DNA from: Trueperaceae bacterium
GTDB lineage: Bacteria > Deinococcota > Deinococci > Deinococcales > Trueperaceae
DNA: 64,000 bases
Reading direction: 5' to 3'
Assembly (NCBI GenBank): GCA_965215565.1
Contig: CBDCDZ010000004.1
Location: forward strand, 448,001 to 512,000
Shown: in pieces, positions 9,827-19,603 of the stretch
Numbering within the stretch: position 1 is the first letter of the stretch
How the letters are laid out: every line of letters begins with the position of its first letter
The notes under the pieces: model-generated
The model's input: the letters and a program-made list of their open reading frames with translations, nothing else
Databases searched by the model: none
What the model was told of the DNA's origin: nothing
Position numbers and translations under genes: made by a program

Positions 9827-10758
9827 GCGCCGACTCCTTCCTCGTCCGAGTTGCGTAAGACCTGCAAGAACGCCAGGATGACAAAATTCGCTAAGATCAC
9901 GGCGAACACTCCGTAGGCGCTGGCACGTCCGACGTTTTGCCTCGAGAACGCCTCCAAGAAAATTTGATACGGCAGGTTCGTCGATTGCAAACCCGGTCCG
10001 CCCGAGGTCGTCACGAAGATCGCGCCGAACACGCTCAGGATGAAAATCGTCTCTAGGAGCAGCGCGATTTCGATAAAACGCTTCAGGTGCGGCAAGATGA
10101 TGTGGCGAAACATGCTAAAACCACTTGCCCCGTCAATTCTAGCCGCCTCCACCGTCGAGTCGGGCAGCGACTGGAGCCCCGCTAAGAGAATCAGCATCAC
10201 GAAAGGAATCCACTGCCACGAGACGATGCCGATAACTGTCGCCATCGGAAAAGATTGCAGTGCGTAGAAGTTCTGCACGCCGAACAATCCAAAAAACCAG
10301 GAGAGGAGCCCAAAGGAGGGGTCTAAGAGGAGGTTTTTCCACAGTACGGCTGCCGCGACGGGCATCATCAAGAAGGGTGAGATGAGGAGCGTGCGGGCAA
10401 GGGCACGTCCGGGGAAGGGGCGGTTTAAGAGCAGCGCGAAGGCGAGCCCGACAACAAAGGTAATGACGACGACGGACAGCGTAAGATAGAGCGTGTTCCA
10501 TAAGACATAGTAGAAGTCTGAGTTCGTCAAAATGCGGCGGTAGTTGAGCCAGAGCCTGTCCCAACCGATAAAGCCCGTGCTGGTGGGTCTTAGTAAGTTC
10601 CAGTTGGTAAAGGAATAGTAGATTGCAAGCGCGAAAGGAACCTGCGTCATCAGGATGAGAAATAAGATGCCGGGGGAGGACAGATACTTGCGGCGTTCTC
10701 GTTTGGCTGTATCCGAGGTCGCGGGTTGCTGGTCTTGCTTAAAGGTCGTACTCGCCAT
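9823..10758 (-). CDS. Polyol ABC transporter permease (SmoF/MtlF-like)
   Basis: WQWIPF..LAGLQSLP..EAARIDGA. Confidence 0.92.
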   Translation of the reverse strand: MASTTFKQDQQPATSDTAKRERRKYLSSPGILFLILMTQVPFALAIYYSFTNWNLLRPTSTGFIGWDRLWLNYRRILTNSDFYYVLWNTLYLTLSVVVITFVVGLAFALLLNRPFPGRALARTLLISPFLMMPVAAAVLWKNLLLDPSFGLLSWFFGLFGVQNFYALQSFPMATVIGIVSWQWIPFVMLILLAGLQSLPDSTVEAARIDGASGFSMFRHIILPHLKRFIEIALLLETIFILSVFGAIFVTTSGGPGLQSTNLPYQIFLEAFSRQNVGRASAYGVFAVILANFVILAFLQVLRNSDEEGVGA

Positions 10759-10895
10759 GAGGTCTCCTCTCGAGGTGGCGGATATGTGCGCGTTCGAGAT
10801 GATGTAGAGCAGTGTTCTGTGGAAAAAGAAAGGTATTAGCTTTTAGCTGTTAAGTATTGGCACAGTTATCTTTATTCGGGGAGGAAGTGTGCGGC

Positions 10896-10923
10896 GTAGG
10901 GGCGATTCATGAATCGCCCCTAC
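10896..10923. repeat. GTAG-type REP-like perfect 28-bp palindrome
   Basis: GTAGGGGCGATTCATGAATCGCCCCTAC. Confidence 0.8.
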
Positions 10924-11010
10924 AACATTTGCCTCTTTCTACAATTTCTCTAGCGTCGTTTATCATTGTGCACTTTGCGAATAGCTAGAGCGTTATTCCA
11001 GCATCGCTGC

Positions 11011-12324
11011 TTAGTAATACCCTGCATCCTGCATCGTCTGAGCAGCGGACTCCTGCGCCCGCGCTAAGCCCTGTTCGACGCTCGTGTTGCCTGCGAGAAT
11101 CGCGGCGACGGTCTGCGCGACGTCGTTGCCGATGCCCTGGAATTCAGGAATCTGCACGAACTGGACGCCCGGCGCAATCTGCGGCTCGGCGGTGGCGTTA
11201 GCGGGCTCGGCGCTTTGGATCGACTGTAAAACTAAGGGCGCAAAGGGCGCGGCTTCGGTGTATTCAGCGTTTTCGTAGGTCGAGGTGCGCGTGCCCGGTG
11301 GGACGGACGCCCAGCCCCGCTCCTGCGCGACGAGGTCGATGTACTCCTGTGAGGTTGCCCAAGTCATGAACTTAAAGGCGGCTTCTTGGGCGTCCGAAGA
11401 GGCAGGAATCCCTAAATTCCAGGACCAAAGCCAAGCGTTACCCGTATCCACCGGACCGACAGGCGCTAGAGCGTAGGCGAATTGGTCGCCTATGTTTGAG
11501 CTTGCTAAAAAGCCCGCAGCCACCGTCGCGTCCACCCACATCGCCACTTGCCCGGAGGTCATAAGCTGGAGCGATTCGGTGAAGCTGATACCTGTGACGC
11601 CAGGCGCACCGCACTCTTGCACCAAGTCGCGGTAGAAGGTGAGCGCTTCTTGCCACTCGGGGGAGTCGAGCTGCGGCTCGCCCTCTTCGTTGAACCACTG
11701 TCCGCCGAAGGTGTTCACGACGGTAGTAATGGGAGCCATGTTGTCGCCCCAGCCGGGCTTACCGCGCAGCGCGATGCCGTAGACACCGTTTTGTGGGTCG
11801 TGAAGCTGACAGGCTAAGTCGCGAATCTCTTGCCAGGTCGGTTGCTCGGGCATACTCAGCCCGGCTTCTTCAAACATTTGCTGGTTGTACATCGTGAAGC
11901 TCGACTCGGCGTAGAAGGGCAGGGCGTAGAGTTCGTCCTCATAGGTGAGCATGTCGGTCACGGCGGGCAAGAGGTCGTCGAAGTTGTAATCTCCTGCTAC
12001 ATCGGAGTACTCCTCCTCGAGCTGGTCAACCGAGACGATCCAGTCGTTCGCGGCCCAGAGCGGCACCTCGTAGGCTCCAACTGTCACGAGGTCAAACGAG
12101 CCGCTGCCCGTTGCCACGTCGGTGGTGAGGCGGCTGCGGAGCGTGCCCTCATCTAAGAAGAGCCACTCGAGCGCAATATCTGGGTTTTGCTCGGTGAAGT
12201 TGCTGCTGAGTTCTTGCATCGTGACCATGTCGGGGTTGTTGACCGAGGCGATGGTGATAGTCGTTTGCGCTGAGGCGCAGGTGAGTCCGAACGTGACGAG
12301 CAGGGCGAGCCAGGTTTTTTTCAT
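11011..12324 (-). CDS. Sorbitol/mannitol-type ABC substrate-binding protein (SmoE/MtlE-like)
   Basis: Signal peptide MKKTWLALL..ASA; IASVNNPDM, LPFYAESS, LRGKPGWG, WLWSW, GVQFVQIPEFQGIG; GGAGG RBS. Confidence 0.9.
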   Translation of the reverse strand: MKKTWLALLVTFGLTCASAQTTITIASVNNPDMVTMQELSSNFTEQNPDIALEWLFLDEGTLRSRLTTDVATGSGSFDLVTVGAYEVPLWAANDWIVSVDQLEEEYSDVAGDYNFDDLLPAVTDMLTYEDELYALPFYAESSFTMYNQQMFEEAGLSMPEQPTWQEIRDLACQLHDPQNGVYGIALRGKPGWGDNMAPITTVVNTFGGQWFNEEGEPQLDSPEWQEALTFYRDLVQECGAPGVTGISFTESLQLMTSGQVAMWVDATVAAGFLASSNIGDQFAYALAPVGPVDTGNAWLWSWNLGIPASSDAQEAAFKFMTWATSQEYIDLVAQERGWASVPPGTRTSTYENAEYTEAAPFAPLVLQSIQSAEPANATAEPQIAPGVQFVQIPEFQGIGNDVAQTVAAILAGNTSVEQGLARAQESAAQTMQDAGYY

Positions 12325-12363
12325 CGAGTTCCTCCGTAAGTTTCTATAGCAAAAATTCGGGCG

Positions 12364-12638
12364 ATGGACACGTGACCATTTTGAATCAGATGCTTCTGAT
12401 CGAGTTACCCCCTTTCGGTGTTTGTCTAACGCTCGAGCGACCAAACCGCCTAAATCCAGTCGTATGGCTCGAGAAATCAGCTATTTTTCGACTTTGAACT
12501 ACAATGGTCTCGTGTCCATTACTATAGAGAGAAATTTAACGTTTGTCAAGAGGTAGCCCTGAAACCGGACGCTAAATCAGCTTTTGCGCGTCTGAAATAG
12601 CCTTTCACGAGCCTTCTGCTATACTGGTCTCGTGTCCA
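12364..12638. promoter_or_regulatory. Divergent promoters with three LacI-type operators (TGGWCWCGWGWCCA)
   Basis: Sites at 12365-12378, 12505-12518 and 12625-12638; minus-strand TTGACA (12549) N17 TATAGT (12526); plus-strand TGcTATACT (hexamer at 12620) 6 nt before the lacI GTG. Confidence 0.8.
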
Positions 12639-13654
12639 CCATCAACGATGTCGCCAAACGCGCCGGGGTCTCCTCCACCACCGCTAAACGCGCTGTAAAG
12701 ACGCCGCACCTCTTGGCAGCGGACACGTTAGAGCGCGTTCAAAGAGCGATTCAAGACCTCAACTACGAACCTGATCAGGTTGCGAGTACGCTCCGTAGCG
12801 GTCAGAGCCGCACCGTGGGTCTTATCGTCGGGAACATCGTCGAGCCTTTTTTTGCCGAGCTTATCCGAGAGGTCGCGGGCGCGTTGCAGCGGCGCGGCTA
12901 CGCGCTCCTCATTGCGGACAGCGAATACCGCGCAGAGTTGGAGTTAGAGCACCTCAAAAGCATGAGCAGCTACCGCGTGGGCGGGCTCATCGTGCGTTCG
13001 GGCTACGGCAACGCGAACCTTAAATATATGCAGCGTATGCAGGCACAAGGCGTCGCCATCGTAGAAATCGACTACTTCTATCCGGGCAGCCCCTTTAGCC
13101 ACGTAATGCTGGACAGCCGCCAAAGCGTCTATGAGGGTGTCGCTTACTTGGCGGAACTCGGGCATCGCCGCGTCGCGCCATTGGGCGTCTATCACGAAAC
13201 GATCAACCCGGAGGAGCGTTCCTTTTACTTCACGGAGGCGATGAACGCCGCCGGGCTCAGTGTGCTAAGCGACTACCGAAGGGTCGTGCGCTTCACCGAA
13301 GATGAGGCGTATAAGCTCACGCACGAGTTGATGGCGTTGGAAGAGCCGCCTACCGCACTGTTCGCGTTCACGGGCAACATGGGCATGGGCGCGTATAGGG
13401 CGCTACGTGAGCGCGGTTTGCGCGTCCCCGACGATGTCTCTCTTTTGACCTACGACAACTACACTTGGACGAGCCTGGTTGATCCGCCCATTGATGTGAT
13501 CGAGCAGCCGACGAAAGAGATGGGGCTCGCGGCGGTCGATATTTTGTTTCAGGGGATTCAGCAAAAGAGTGAACACGCTCAGCAGGAGGTGGTGAGGCGG
13601 CGCTTTCCCGGGCGGCTCATTGAGCGGTGTAGCAGTGCGCCGCCTGAGGGATAG
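12632..13654 (+). CDS. LacI-family transcriptional regulator
   Basis: TINDVAKRAGVS HTH, LNYEPD..A..LR, GLRVPDDVS. Confidence 0.93.
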   Translation: MSTINDVAKRAGVSSTTAKRAVKTPHLLAADTLERVQRAIQDLNYEPDQVASTLRSGQSRTVGLIVGNIVEPFFAELIREVAGALQRRGYALLIADSEYRAELELEHLKSMSSYRVGGLIVRSGYGNANLKYMQRMQAQGVAIVEIDYFYPGSPFSHVMLDSRQSVYEGVAYLAELGHRRVAPLGVYHETINPEERSFYFTEAMNAAGLSVLSDYRRVVRFTEDEAYKLTHELMALEEPPTALFAFTGNMGMGAYRALRERGLRVPDDVSLLTYDNYTWTSLVDPPIDVIEQPTKEMGLAAVDILFQGIQQKSEHAQQEVVRRRFPGRLIERCSSAPPEG

Positions 13655-13680
13655 CACGGTTCTTCACGCCAGCGCAACAC

Positions 13681-16267
13681 CTAAACCTGTCCGGGATCGT
13701 CAACGACTTTGTACCTCACGCCAAGCGCCCCGAAGTGCGCCTCACCGCATCTTAGTTTGTGCCTTTGTGACGCCTTGAGTTTAGAGTCGGCTGCGCTCTT
13801 CGTTTCGCAGATGAGGTAGCTGGGACTAGCTTCTTTTACGATAGCCCAGCCGGGGTTGTAGGGTCCTACGGGCGTCTCCACCTTGAACCAGCTCGGCAGT
13901 TTGACGTAAAGGCGGATGTCTCGTCTTTCTTCAAGTGACTTGACGAACTTCAGCTCAACCTCTGAACCATAAACGACCCACTCGTGAACGGACTTTTGAA
14001 CTCGCTCCATGTTGGACAGGTAGCCGCTCGGCGCGTCCAGCTCGAGGCGCTTCATCTCGAACGCCTCACCGGGGCTGGGCGCGTACTCGGCGCTCTCCAC
14101 CATCAATTCTTGCAAAACGCGCTGAACTGCCCTGACTGAGCCGTCAATGAACGCTTGTGGGTTGACGAGCAGATCGCCGACACGCCCCGACGCTTTAAGA
14201 ATTGCGGCGAGCGTAGAGCGGGTCAGTTCCGTCTCGCGCTGGAGGATACCTAGAACGTCGGGGACGGCGAAGTTTGGGCCCGCCTGCACCTCACTCCGCG
14301 CTGCAACCCTCACCGGGGCGAGGTCCCCGCGCTGCAACCGCCCCTTCTGAACGCTGACTTTAGGGGCGGTGACAGGGGGCAACTCAGAGACCGCTACAGC
14401 CGCCACGCGGATAAGTTCATTCGCGCCGTAGTGGACGGTGTAGCGGGTCTTTCGCCCGATACGGTCCCACAACACTCTAAATTCAGGGCTGAGGTAGACC
14501 TGCTTATTGAGCGTTACCGCCTGGCGCTCGCGCTTGTTCTTGATGCGGTCTCGCCCGATCTTGACACCTGTTTCCGCAAGAATCTCGTTTTGCAACGCCT
14601 TAGCGAAATCGGCGTAGCTCTCGTTAGCGACGACGCTCAGCACATTGATAGACTCGTCAAAAGAGCGCTCGCCCGTCTCGAGGACGGGCAGCCGCAGCCC
14701 CCGCCCGATCTCCTGCCGCTTCTTGATGTCGGACTTGCTCTCATTCAGGGTGCAGATTTGGAAGACGTTGGGATTGTCCCACCCCTCGCGGAGCGCGGAG
14801 TGGCTGAAGATGAAGCGCAGCGGTGTTTTGGTGTCTAAAAGCTCCTCTTTCGCCTGCATGATGAGGCGGTAGGCGTCATCATCCGCTTTCGTTCTGCCGC
14901 TCGTGTCCTTCGCCTCGCCGCTGTTGGTGGTGGCGAAGTAACCGTTATGCACCCGTTCTGCGGGGGGTAGATTGAGCCCCTTGTATTTGGGTAGCGCCGT
15001 GAACTCGCTGTACGCCTCGATGAACCACCTGCGGATTTTGCCGTTCTTGTCGGCGTAGTTCGCTACCTTGTCGATGAAAAAGAGCGAGAGGACTTTGAGG
15101 CGTTGCCCCTCGGGAAGCCTCGAGATACGCAGCCTCCTTGTCCAGATGCTCCTTGACGGTCTCGCGTACCTGCGCTTGCATGATGGCATCTTTGTTGTTG
15201 CCGTGCGCCTGCCCGAGGTAGAGCGAGACGCCGTTGGAAAAGGAGACGCGCTCCTCTCCGGCGTGAATCTCGCTCACGATGTGGTCCCTGTAGAGATCAC
15301 GCTCCGTTTTCTCGAAGAGGTCATCGTCGCCCTTGACCGTCAGCGTTTTGCGCTTCACGCCCGCCCTTTGCAACACATCTAGCTCGAGCTGCGCCGTCGG
15401 CGGCTTGCTCTTATAGGCTTTGAAGCCCTTGACCGCGATGTAAGGCTTGTTGAAAGCAGCGTCCTCGATAACTGAGGAGACCTCGATGAGTTTCACCAAC
15501 TTGAGGTCATAGGCTCTGATCGGGTCTAGCTTATAGACGAGGTTGTAGAGGTTGCGGTGCGTAGCGGAGTAGCGCAGCGTGCATAAGGGGTTGAGGCCTT
15601 GAATCGCCTTTTGCGCTCTACCGCTCTCCATGTTCTGCGGCTCGTCCATCACGACAACCGGACTGGTCTCTTGGATAAAATCTAAAGGACGCCGCCCTGA
15701 GAGCGCATCCTCATTGCGCCGGATGACGTTGTTATCTTTGTTAAAGGCGTCGATATTCATGATCATGATCTGCAAGGTGTTGTTGACCCCAAAGGAGCGA
15801 ATCTGGGAAAGCCGCTTAGGGTCATAGACGAAGGCGTTGTAGGGGACGTTGAAGAGGAGCGCGAAGTGCTCGCGCGTCAGCTCGAGACTTTTGAGCACCC
15901 CTTCACGAATCGCCACCGAGGGGACCACGATGATGAACTTTTTGAAGCCGCAGCGTCTATTCAGCTCGAGGATGGTGCGCAAGTAGACATAGGTCTTGCC
16001 CGTGCCCGTCTCCATCTCGACAGTGAAGTTGCGCCCGCCCAGCTCTTCCGAGACGCCCAGTGCGTTACGCCCTTGCACAGCTTGAAGGTTCGCGAGCAGC
16101 GCCGCGTCGCTCAGCGCGAGCACGTTGGCGAAGCCGAGTCCACTCCACGCGCTGCCGCGCGCGACCTCAGAGCGTCCTGCGGCGCTAGGTTGCCCGGTGA
16201 AGAGGTCGGTGACGGCTCGAATAGCCTCGAGCTGATAGGGTTGGTTGCCGTCGAATTTGAGCTTCAC
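13681..16267 (-). pseudogene. res: Type III restriction enzyme Res subunit, frameshifted at about 15133 with an altered nuclease motif
   Basis: Walker A METGTGKT, DEPQ, LRYSAT, ALREGWDNPNVFQIC and QEIGRGLR are split over two ORFs; removing one G restores EHLDKELRISRLPEGQRLKVLSLFF; YNPGWAI in place of YNPDWAI. Confidence 0.88.
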
Positions 16268-16875
16268 CGGACAAGCTCGAGCAGTTCAGCCATAGGGCGC
16301 ATGTCTTTCAGCTTTAGCTCCGGCGCTTCTCTCGCTTCTCCTTCATACACAGCGAACGCCTGCAGATCACGCCTGCCAGCCCAACCGATCAGCGCGGCGT
16401 TTTTGGCGTTAGGAAGGTTGACACGGTTCTTCTCTGACGTGCCCTTGCTAAATATGTCCAGCCAAAAATAGACTTGGATATTGACGTCTCTAAGCTCGGA
16501 GCGCTTGGTTGCCAAGGTGAACGTCTCCACGATAGCGGCGGGCGTCTTGAAGACCGATAAGGACGACTTGACAGACCCGAGAATCTCTCTGCCATCGGCT
16601 GTGCGGAGCGCTACGTCGTGACCTAAGTCTGGCTCGGCAGAGGCTTTGTCGACGGCGGAGGCGGCGTACTTGCCGCTCTGACGAAAAAACTTCAAGGTCA
16701 TCGCTTCGGCGATTTCGCCCAGGGTGACGTTCACGAACCTCTCCAAATAGTCGCGCGCGTGCAAGTCCGAGCGGTCTCGGATGTGCGGCGTGAGTTTCTG
16801 GGCGACGCTGATGCACCTCGCTATCTCCTCGTCCGTTAAGGGAACAAACCTGATGTCCGCTTCGGTGACGGCCAC
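16264..16875 (-). CDS. Hypothetical protein, putative PD-(D/E)xK-fold nuclease (203 aa)
   Basis: GTG 8 nt after the mod stop with a GAGGGG RBS; stop overlaps the res start (GTGA); motifs TLGEIAE, PDLGHDV, SVKSS. Confidence 0.6.
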   Translation of the reverse strand: MAVTEADIRFVPLTDEEIARCISVAQKLTPHIRDRSDLHARDYLERFVNVTLGEIAEAMTLKFFRQSGKYAASAVDKASAEPDLGHDVALRTADGREILGSVKSSLSVFKTPAAIVETFTLATKRSELRDVNIQVYFWLDIFSKGTSEKNRVNLPNAKNAALIGWAGRRDLQAFAVYEGEAREAPELKLKDMRPMAELLELVR

Positions 16876-16883
16876 GCGCCCCC

Positions 16884-18812
16884 TCAAACCGTGTGAAAAG
16901 CGATACCTGCGCGCCGCATCGCTAAGACGGTGTTGGTTTTGAAAGCGTCGTTGCCCGCAAAGGCGGCGTCCAAACAGATGAAGCGCGCCGGTCGAGCGCT
17001 GAGGACCGCCTCGACGGTTTCGGCGGCGAGGGGTCTCGCAAGGCAGACGTAGAGCGCCTTGCCTTCGGCGGCGTACACCTCTTGAGAAGCGCCGAGCGTC
17101 TCTACGGACGCGCTCAGCGGCAAGCCCGCTTTGAGGAGGAGTTCGTACAGGATGCTCTGCTCGTCCTCTCCTGCGAGGTTGTCCGCGAAGGCGCTTAGCT
17201 GCGCTCCTAGCGCCGCCGCGCCGCGAACCGCACCGTCCCACCTCCTGAAGTCCCATGTTTTGAAGTTCGAGGCGCTCAGGCGAAACGCTCTGAAGCCCCG
17301 ATCCGCCGCACTAGCGCGTTCCTCGTCGGCGCGGCCGAGCTTGCGGATGACGCGGCGCACCCGCTCTCGCGTGATCGCCGCGACGGTGGGGAAATCGGTT
17401 CGTCCGGTGGGCTCGGGGAGTTGCACTAAGAGGAACGTCCTGTCGCCGCCGTCCGCCTCATTCAGCTCGAGCACGGCCTGCGCGAGCGTGCCCGAGCCCG
17501 CGAAAAAGTCGAGGACGATGAAGTCGCGCTCAGGCGTCGTGTTGATCAAAAACTTGAGCAGCGAGACGGGTTTGGGGAACGCGAAGAGCTTCTCTCCGAA
17601 GAGTTCGGTGACCTCTTTCGTCCCGTCCTCCGTCCTGCCGACGCTACTCGGCAAGACCGTGCTGAGCGATTTACGCGCCTCTTCGACGCCGAATTTCTTG
17701 AGGTTTTTCTCCCTGTCTTCCGTTTCGAACACGCGGTACGCGGGTCTGGAGAGGTTCAAGAAGTCGTAGTCGCCCGGAAAGACGATCTTGCCCCTATCGT
17801 AGTAGTCTCTAAAGGTCTCGCGGGTGATGGACCAGACCCGGTGGGGGTTGGCGGGGTACGCCTCGAGCGTCTTCGGGTTGACCATCGTGAAGTTCGAGTT
17901 GGGTCTCTCGTTGGCGCTGGTCTGCTTCGTAAGGTCCGCGAGCCGCCAGCCGCTCCCGAAGTCGCTCGTGTAGTGGTAGCGGCGCGCCACGAAAGCGCCC
18001 GCTCGAAACGCGCCCTTGGTAAAGGCGACGATCCACTCGTAGTCTTGCGACACGCCGAAGGGAACGTCGCTCTTAGCGGTCCGCTTGCGCCAGGGGAAGG
18101 TGGCGACGTAGTTCTCCTCGCCGAAGAGTTCCGCTAGCACAAAGTGAAGATTTTTCGCCTCGTGATCGTCGATAGAGACGAAGATGACGCCGTCGTCGGT
18201 GAGCAGATCGCGCGCCAGAGCGAGGCGCGGGTACATCATGGTGAGCCAGCTCGAGTGCTTGCGCCCGGCGTGCTCTTCGCGGCTCGTCTGCCGCGTCCCG
18301 TCAGCCTTGCGCTGCCCCGAATAGCGCAAGTATGCACCCAGCCCCTCGCGAAAGTTGTCCGTATAGATGAACTCGTTGCCCGTGTTGTAGGGCGGGTCAA
18401 TATAGATCATCTTAATTTTGCCGTAGTAGCTCCGCTGCAGGAGCTTCAAGACCTCTAGGTTGTCGCCCTCGATGATGGCGTTGCGGCTCGCGTCAAAGTC
18501 CACCGATTCGCCCCGCAGCGGCTCCAAGGTGCCCCGGCTCGGCTCCTGCACCGCCCGGAGCGCGTCACGCTTGCCCGCCCACGTCAAGCCATAGCGTTCG
18601 GGAGGAGGCGCTGCGTCACCCGCTGCGTCGCCCGGCTCGTCATATATCTCGTCATTTGCCGCGTCGCCAAGCGCAAGGCGGAGCTTGTCGAAGTCGAGCT
18701 GACCTTCGCTGAACGCTTCGGGAAAGAGGTGGCGCAGGACGTCCAAGCGGGGCTCGAGCGGGCTCTGCGCGTCGGGCAGGGCGGTGCCTGGTTCGCCGGG
18801 CGTCTTCTTCAT
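16884..18812 (-). CDS. mod: Type III R-M modification methylase (N6-adenine)
   Basis: ERYGLTWAGK, IEGDNLEVLK, IYIDPPYNTG, HSSWLTMMYPRL, FPKP, LDFFAGSGT. Confidence 0.93.
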   Translation of the reverse strand: MKKTPGEPGTALPDAQSPLEPRLDVLRHLFPEAFSEGQLDFDKLRLALGDAANDEIYDEPGDAAGDAAPPPERYGLTWAGKRDALRAVQEPSRGTLEPLRGESVDFDASRNAIIEGDNLEVLKLLQRSYYGKIKMIYIDPPYNTGNEFIYTDNFREGLGAYLRYSGQRKADGTRQTSREEHAGRKHSSWLTMMYPRLALARDLLTDDGVIFVSIDDHEAKNLHFVLAELFGEENYVATFPWRKRTAKSDVPFGVSQDYEWIVAFTKGAFRAGAFVARRYHYTSDFGSGWRLADLTKQTSANERPNSNFTMVNPKTLEAYPANPHRVWSITRETFRDYYDRGKIVFPGDYDFLNLSRPAYRVFETEDREKNLKKFGVEEARKSLSTVLPSSVGRTEDGTKEVTELFGEKLFAFPKPVSLLKFLINTTPERDFIVLDFFAGSGTLAQAVLELNEADGGDRTFLLVQLPEPTGRTDFPTVAAITRERVRRVIRKLGRADEERASAADRGFRAFRLSASNFKTWDFRRWDGAVRGAAALGAQLSAFADNLAGEDEQSILYELLLKAGLPLSASVETLGASQEVYAAEGKALYVCLARPLAAETVEAVLSARPARFICLDAAFAGNDAFKTNTVLAMRRAGIAFHTV

Positions 18813-18831
18813 GAGTAGCTTCGCGGGCGGT

Positions 18832-19404
18832 TCACCGCTCCCAGGGACGCAGCGTGATCTGTCCGTCAACGAGCTGCGCCACCTCCGGCCCGGCTGCCGC
18901 CTTGCCACCCTCCCCTGCCTGCGCCAGGGCGCTGCCGATGCGGAGCTGCTTCGAGAGAATCTGCTGCGCCCAGATGATCGCCTTCTCGTTGCCCGCAGCT
19001 CCGGCGTGCGCCACGCCGCGCAGCGCGCCCAGCACGATGATGTCGTCCTCGGCGATGAGTTCGGAGCCGGCGTTCACATCGCCGATGACGATGATAGAGC
19101 CGCTCGACTCGACGCGCGCACCGCTCCTCACGGTGCGCGCGACGATGACGGTCTCGCCCTTCGCTTGCACTACCGCGCTCGGCGGGCGCACCTCCACCAC
19201 GTCACCCTCAGCCTCCCCGACAGCGTTCAGCACAGCTTCGACGCTCGCCCAGGGGACGCGCCCGCCGACTTCGATAAAGACTTTGCCGCTCAAGAGGTCG
19301 CGCTGTAAGGCTAGGGAGCTTTCCAGAGCGCCCGGCGTATCCTCAGCGTCCAAACTCACCACGATGCCGCTTCTCGTCCCCCTAGTCTTCACCTGATGCT
19401 CCAC
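18832..19404 (-). CDS. minC: Septum site-determining protein MinC
   Basis: RTVRSG, IGDVNAGSELIA, LRGVAHAG, QLRIG. Confidence 0.9.
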   Translation of the reverse strand: MEHQVKTRGTRSGIVVSLDAEDTPGALESSLALQRDLLSGKVFIEVGGRVPWASVEAVLNAVGEAEGDVVEVRPPSAVVQAKGETVIVARTVRSGARVESSGSIIVIGDVNAGSELIAEDDIIVLGALRGVAHAGAAGNEKAIIWAQQILSKQLRIGSALAQAGEGGKAAAGPEVAQLVDGQITLRPWER

Positions 19405-19603
19405 ACCTAAGGCTCCACACCTTGACTCGTATCAGCTTAACTCGTATCAGCTCGATCTGTATCCGTCCCCTCACGTCGCGCTTCACGCTCACTTTCGTCA
19501 TGCCAAAGAGGACGATACCGCAAAATGCCGGGCGGGTCTACTCGGTGAGGCGGGCGTGAGCAGTGAGAGAAAACGGTGCGCAAAATATGTTTAGATACCC
19601 CTT

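Noticed and set aside
15100..15140. Programmed frameshift in res
   Set aside because: No slippery heptamer or homopolymer, and the nuclease catalytic Asp is also lost.
16884..18812. Phase-variable mod (phasevarion)
   Set aside because: No simple-sequence repeat tract is visible in mod.
18832..19404. minC without minDE as a novelty
   Set aside because: To my knowledge an unlinked minC is normal in Deinococcota.
19398..19464. CRISPR-like repeats upstream of minC
   Set aside because: Only 11-13-bp units in two copies, with no spacers or cas genes.
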